Assembly: GCF_030389695.1 (NCBI RefSeq)
Contig: NZ_CP128926.1
Direction: 5' to 3' (one strand)
DNA from: Escherichia coli
GTDB taxonomy: Bacteria > Pseudomonadota > Gammaproteobacteria > Enterobacterales > Enterobacteriaceae
Length of the DNA stretch: 24,000 bases
Under the pieces are notes generated by a model. It was not told where the DNA came from. It saw only the letters and a program-made list of their open reading frames with translations, and did no database searches. The translations under genes were made by a program, and so were the position numbers. Shown one piece after another: positions 19,985 to 24,000 of this stretch (positions within the stretch are counted from its first letter, which is position 1; each line of letters starts with the position of its first letter).

Positions 19985-22429
19985 ATGATGATTTTGAGTA
20001 TTCTCGCTACGGTTGTCCTGCTCGGCGCGTTGTTCTATCACCGCGTGAGCTTATTTATCAGCAGTCTGATTTTGCTCGCCTGGACAGCCGCCCTCGGCGT
20101 TGCTGGTCTGTGGTCGGCGTGGGTACTGGTGCCTCTGGCCATTATCCTCGTGCCATTTAACTTTGCGCCTATGCGTAAGTCGATGATTTCCGCGCCGGTA
20201 TTTCGCGGTTTCCGTAAGGTGATGCCGCCGATGTCGCGCACTGAGAAAGAAGCGATTGATGCGGGCACCACCTGGTGGGAGGGCGACTTGTTCCAGGGCA
20301 AGCCGGACTGGAAAAAGCTGCATAACTATCCGCAGCCGCGCCTGACCGCCGAAGAGCAAGCGTTTCTCGACGGCCCGGTAGAAGAAGCCTGCCGGATGGC
20401 GAATGATTTCCAGATCACCCATGAGCTGGCGGATCTGCCGCCGGAGTTGTGGGCGTACCTTAAAGAGCATCGTTTCTTCGCGATGATCATCAAAAAAGAG
20501 TACGGCGGGCTGGAGTTCTCGGCTTATGCCCAGTCTCGCGTGCTGCAAAAACTCTCCGGCGTGAGCGGGATCCTGGCGATTACCGTCGGCGTGCCAAACT
20601 CATTAGGCCCGGGCGAACTGTTGCAACATTACGGCACTGACGAGCAGAAAGATCACTATCTGCCGCGTCTGGCGCGTGGTCAGGAGATCCCCTGCTTTGC
20701 ACTGACCAGCCCGGAAGCGGGTTCCGATGCGGGCGCGATTCCGGACACCGGGATTGTCTGCATGGGCGAATGGCAGGGCCAGCAGGTGCTGGGGATGCGT
20801 CTGACCTGGAACAAACGCTACATTACGCTGGCACCGATTGCGACCGTGCTTGGGCTGGCGTTTAAACTCTCCGACCCGGAAAAATTACTCGGCGGTGCAG
20901 AAGATTTAGGCATTACCTGTGCGCTGATCCCAACCACCACGCCGGGCGTGGAAATTGGTCGTCGCCACTTCCCGCTGAACGTACCGTTCCAGAACGGACC
21001 GACGCGCGGTAAAGATGTCTTCGTGCCGATCGATTACATCATCGGCGGGCCGAAAATGGCCGGGCAAGGCTGGCGGATGCTGGTGGAGTGCCTCTCGGTA
21101 GGCCGCGGCATCACCCTGCCTTCCAACTCAACCGGCGGCGTGAAATCGGTAGCGCTGGCAACCGGCGCGTATGCTCACATTCGCCGTCAGTTCAAAATCT
21201 CTATTGGTAAGATGGAAGGGATTGAAGAGCCGCTGGCGCGTATTGCCGGTAATGCCTACGTGATGGATGCTGCGGCATCGCTGATTACCTACGGCATTAT
21301 GCTCGGCGAAAAACCTGCCGTGCTGTCGGCTATCGTTAAGTATCACTGTACCCACCGCGGGCAGCAGTCGATTATTGATGCGATGGATATTACCGGCGGT
21401 AAAGGCATTATGCTCGGGCAAAGCAACTTCCTGGCGCGTGCTTACCAGGGCGCACCGATTGCCATCACCGTTGAAGGGGCTAACATTCTGACCCGCAGCA
21501 TGATGATCTTCGGACAAGGAGCGATTCGTTGCCATCCGTACGTGCTGGAAGAGATGGAAGCGGCGAAGAACAATGACGTCAACGCGTTCGATAAACTGTT
21601 GTTCAAACATATCGGTCACGTCGGTAGCAACAAAGTTCGCAGCTTCTGGCTGGGCCTGACGCGCGGTTTAACCAGCAGCACGCCAACCGGCGATGCCACT
21701 AAACGCTACTATCAGCACCTGAACCGCCTGAGCGCCAACCTCGCCCTGCTTTCTGATGTCTCGATGGCAGTGCTGGGCGGCAGCCTGAAACGTCGCGAGC
21801 GCATCTCGGCCCGTCTGGGGGATATTTTAAGCCAGCTCTACCTCGCCTCTGCCGTGCTGAAGCGTTATGACGACGAAGGCCGTAATGAAGCCGACCTGCC
21901 GCTGGTGCACTGGGGCGTACAAGATGCGCTGTATCAGGCTGAACAGGCGATGGATGATTTACTGCAAAACTTCCCGAACCGCGTGGTTGCCGGGCTGCTG
22001 AATGTGGTGATCTTCCCGACCGGACGTCATTATCTGGCACCTTCTGACAAGCTGGATCATAAAGTGGCGAAGATTTTACAAGTGCCGAACGCCACCCGTT
22101 CCCGCATTGGTCGCGGTCAGTACCTGACGCCGAGCGAGCATAATCCGGTTGGCTTGCTGGAAGAGGCGCTGGTGGATGTGATTGCCGCCGACCCAATTCA
22201 TCAGCGGATCTGTAAAGAGCTGGGTAAAAACCTGCCGTTTACCCGTCTGGATGAACTGGCGCACAACGCGCTGGTGAAGGGGCTGATTGATAAAGATGAA
22301 GCCGCTATTCTGGTGAAAGCTGAAGAAAGCCGTCTGCGCAGTATTAACGTTGATGACTTTGATCCGGAAGAGCTGGCGACGAAGCCGGTAAAGTTGCCGG
22401 AGAAAGTGCGGAAAGTTGAAGCCGCGTAA
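19985..22429 (+). CDS. fadE: Acyl-CoA dehydrogenase of fatty-acid beta-oxidation
   Basis: Recognised FadE (YafH), starting [23 protein letters not shown] (814 aa). The ORF-track start at 19907 adds 26 codons that would run through the operator/promoter. Confidence 0.95.
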
Positions 22430-22436
22430 ATGAATA

Positions 22437-22463
22437 ACGGAGCCGAAAGGCTCCGTTTCTTTA
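22437..22463. terminator. Rho-independent terminator between convergent fadE and ivy
   Basis: ACGGAGCC-gaaa-GGCTCCGT is a perfect 8-bp stem with a GNRA loop, followed by TTCTTTAT. Confidence 0.75.
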
Positions 22464-22471
22464 TCCGCTAA

Positions 22472-22945
22472 TTATTTAAAATTAAAGCCATCCGGATGGT
22501 TTTCCAGGCTGCCGGTCAACGCCGCGAACAACACCGTTTTACCATCAATCGAAAGCGCATCGTTCACATTCAGCCAGGTGAGTTTCTCTTGCGACGTTTT
22601 CTCATCAATAGTCGAGAACAGCCCCGTCATCTGATTAGATTTCTCGGACCACATCACAGCGATACGTTGCGAGCCACAGTCATGCGGTTTGCACGCGCTC
22701 ATCACCTGATACGTCTCATCTCCCAACGTTACGGTTTGTGCGGGAGTATAAGTACCGCCTTTCATCACCCAGGCAGGCAGCTTATGCCCTTGTACCATCT
22801 GATTAAATGCAGCTTTGGTGGTTTCGCCCTTTGCAAGGCTGCTAATGGTTAAATCATCCTGCGCCATTGCACTGGTGGCGATGACCAGAGCGGCGACTGT
22901 CGTTATTGCCTTAAACATCATTCCTCCCGAGCTTATCCTGCCCAT
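22472..22945 (-). CDS. ivy: Periplasmic inhibitor of vertebrate C-type lysozyme
   Basis: 157-aa ORF with signal peptide ...AALVIATSAMA/QDD and the inhibitory loop CKPHDC. Confidence 0.93.
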   Translation of the reverse strand: MGRISSGGMMFKAITTVAALVIATSAMAQDDLTISSLAKGETTKAAFNQMVQGHKLPAWVMKGGTYTPAQTVTLGDETYQVMSACKPHDCGSQRIAVMWSEKSNQMTGLFSTIDEKTSQEKLTWLNVNDALSIDGKTVLFAALTGSLENHPDGFNFK

Positions 22946-23098
22946 GTTATTAACCTCCTAAAGCCTGGCGATAACACGATAATTTGCAAATCAGATATTT
23001 CCAATATCAGCATTTGTTATCAATTTATTCTGCGCTAAGGCAACTGCCTGATAAGGTGTTAAAGTTATAAAACCCTTCGCATAAAGGAGTTGTACACC

Positions 23099-23869
23099 GT
23101 GCCTGGTTTGAAGATTACGCTTTTGCAGCAACCACTGGTGTGGATGGATGGTCCTGCCAACCTGCGTCATTTTGATCGTCAACTGGAAGGTATTACCGGG
23201 CGCGATGTGATCGTTCTACCGGAGATGTTTACCAGCGGCTTTGCCATGGAAGCGGCAGCTTCGTCGCTAGCACAAGATGACGTAGTGAACTGGATGACAG
23301 CTAAGGCGCAGCAGTGCAATGCGCTGATTGCAGGCAGTGTTGCATTACAAACGGAGTCTGGTTCGGTTAACCGCTTTTTGCTGGTTGAGCCGGGCGGCAC
23401 GGTACATTTTTATGATAAGCGTCATCTGTTCCGCATGGCAGATGAGCATCTACATTATAAAGCGGGCAATGCGCGAGTGATTGTGGAATGGCGCGGCTGG
23501 CGTATTTTGCCGCTGGTGTGCTACGACTTACGTTTTCCTGTGTGGTCGCGCAATCTCAACGATTATGACCTCGCCCTGTACGTCGCCAACTGGCCTGCTC
23601 CGCGCTCTCTGCACTGGCAGGCATTGCTGACGGCCCGCGCGATTGAGAATCAGGCGTATGTGGCGGGATGCAATCGCGTCGGCAGCGATGGCAACGGCTG
23701 CCATTATCGCGGTGACAGCCGGGTGATTAATCCGCAAGGAGAGATTATCGCTACTGCCGACGCGCATCAGGCAACGCGCATTGATGCGGAGCTGTCGATG
23801 GCAGCATTGCGGGAATATAGAGAAAAGTTTCCGGCATGGCAGGATGCGGATGAGTTTAGGTTGTGGTGA
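23099..23869 (+). CDS. yafV: Nitrilase-superfamily C-N hydrolase (omega-amidase / 2-oxoglutaramate amidase)
   Basis: Recognised YafV starting at GTG (V)PGLKITLLQQPLVW (256 aa). The Glu-Lys-Cys triad contexts are LPEMF, YDKRHLF and LVCYDLRFP. Confidence 0.9.
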   Translation: MPGLKITLLQQPLVWMDGPANLRHFDRQLEGITGRDVIVLPEMFTSGFAMEAAASSLAQDDVVNWMTAKAQQCNALIAGSVALQTESGSVNRFLLVEPGGTVHFYDKRHLFRMADEHLHYKAGNARVIVEWRGWRILPLVCYDLRFPVWSRNLNDYDLALYVANWPAPRSLHWQALLTARAIENQAYVAGCNRVGSDGNGCHYRGDSRVINPQGEIIATADAHQATRIDAELSMAALREYREKFPAWQDADEFRLW

Positions 23870-24000
23870 GTGGGGGTTGTGTTTAAGGACGGGGAGAGTC
23901 GGGGTATTACTACGAAAGCCCGCTCCCCGCAAGGACTGACGCCAGGTAGTTTCTGTCCATGGCTGCTTTTCGCATCTTACGTTTTAACCCTGCCTTGAAT

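Noticed and set aside
23910-24000. Open minus-strand frame entering from the right window edge (…FKAGLKRKMRKAAMDRNYLASVLAGSGLS*)
   Set aside because: Only 29 codons are visible and I do not recognise any motif. It could be the 3' end of the next gene or pseudogene (the yafU/yafF region in K-12), but that cannot be supported from this window.

Overview
This window is an Escherichia coli/Shigella-type chromosomal segment. I identified it by recognising the encoded proteins from memory; no database search was possible. The gene order is inverted relative to K-12 numbering: phage-type integrase 3' end | thrW | proA proB | phoE | crl frsA gpt | pepD | prfH + rtcB-like fragment (ykfJ) | yafP yafO yafN dinB | lafU'/lfhA' (Flag-2 remnants) | REP array | rayT::IS1 | REP | yafL | dinJ yafQ* | yafK | yafJ | REP array | gmhA | fadE | ivy | yafV. 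Most genes are ordinary, intact housekeeping genes. The notable feature is a concentration of independent gene-decay and mobile-DNA events. (1) A lambdoid/P22-type tyrosine integrase converges on the 3' end of tRNA-Thr(CGU), so a prophage or island boundary lies at the left edge of the window. (2) A deletion fuses an RtcB-ligase fragment to a 5'-truncated prfH. (3) The Flag-2 lateral-flagella deletion scar joins the 5'-truncated lafU and lfhA. (4) An IS1 with a perfect 9-bp target duplication splits rayT, the REP-associated transposase gene. This IS1 copy also carries a 9-bp in-frame tandem duplication in insB. (5) The yafQ toxin gene has a premature TAA and a 9-bp deletion, while its antitoxin gene dinJ and the LexA box are intact. 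I did not find a convincing, wholly new multi-gene system. The only unannotated candidate is a 15-codon ORF with a consensus Shine-Dalgarno upstream of the rtcB/prfH remnant. There are no CRISPR arrays or rRNA genes, and only one tRNA.
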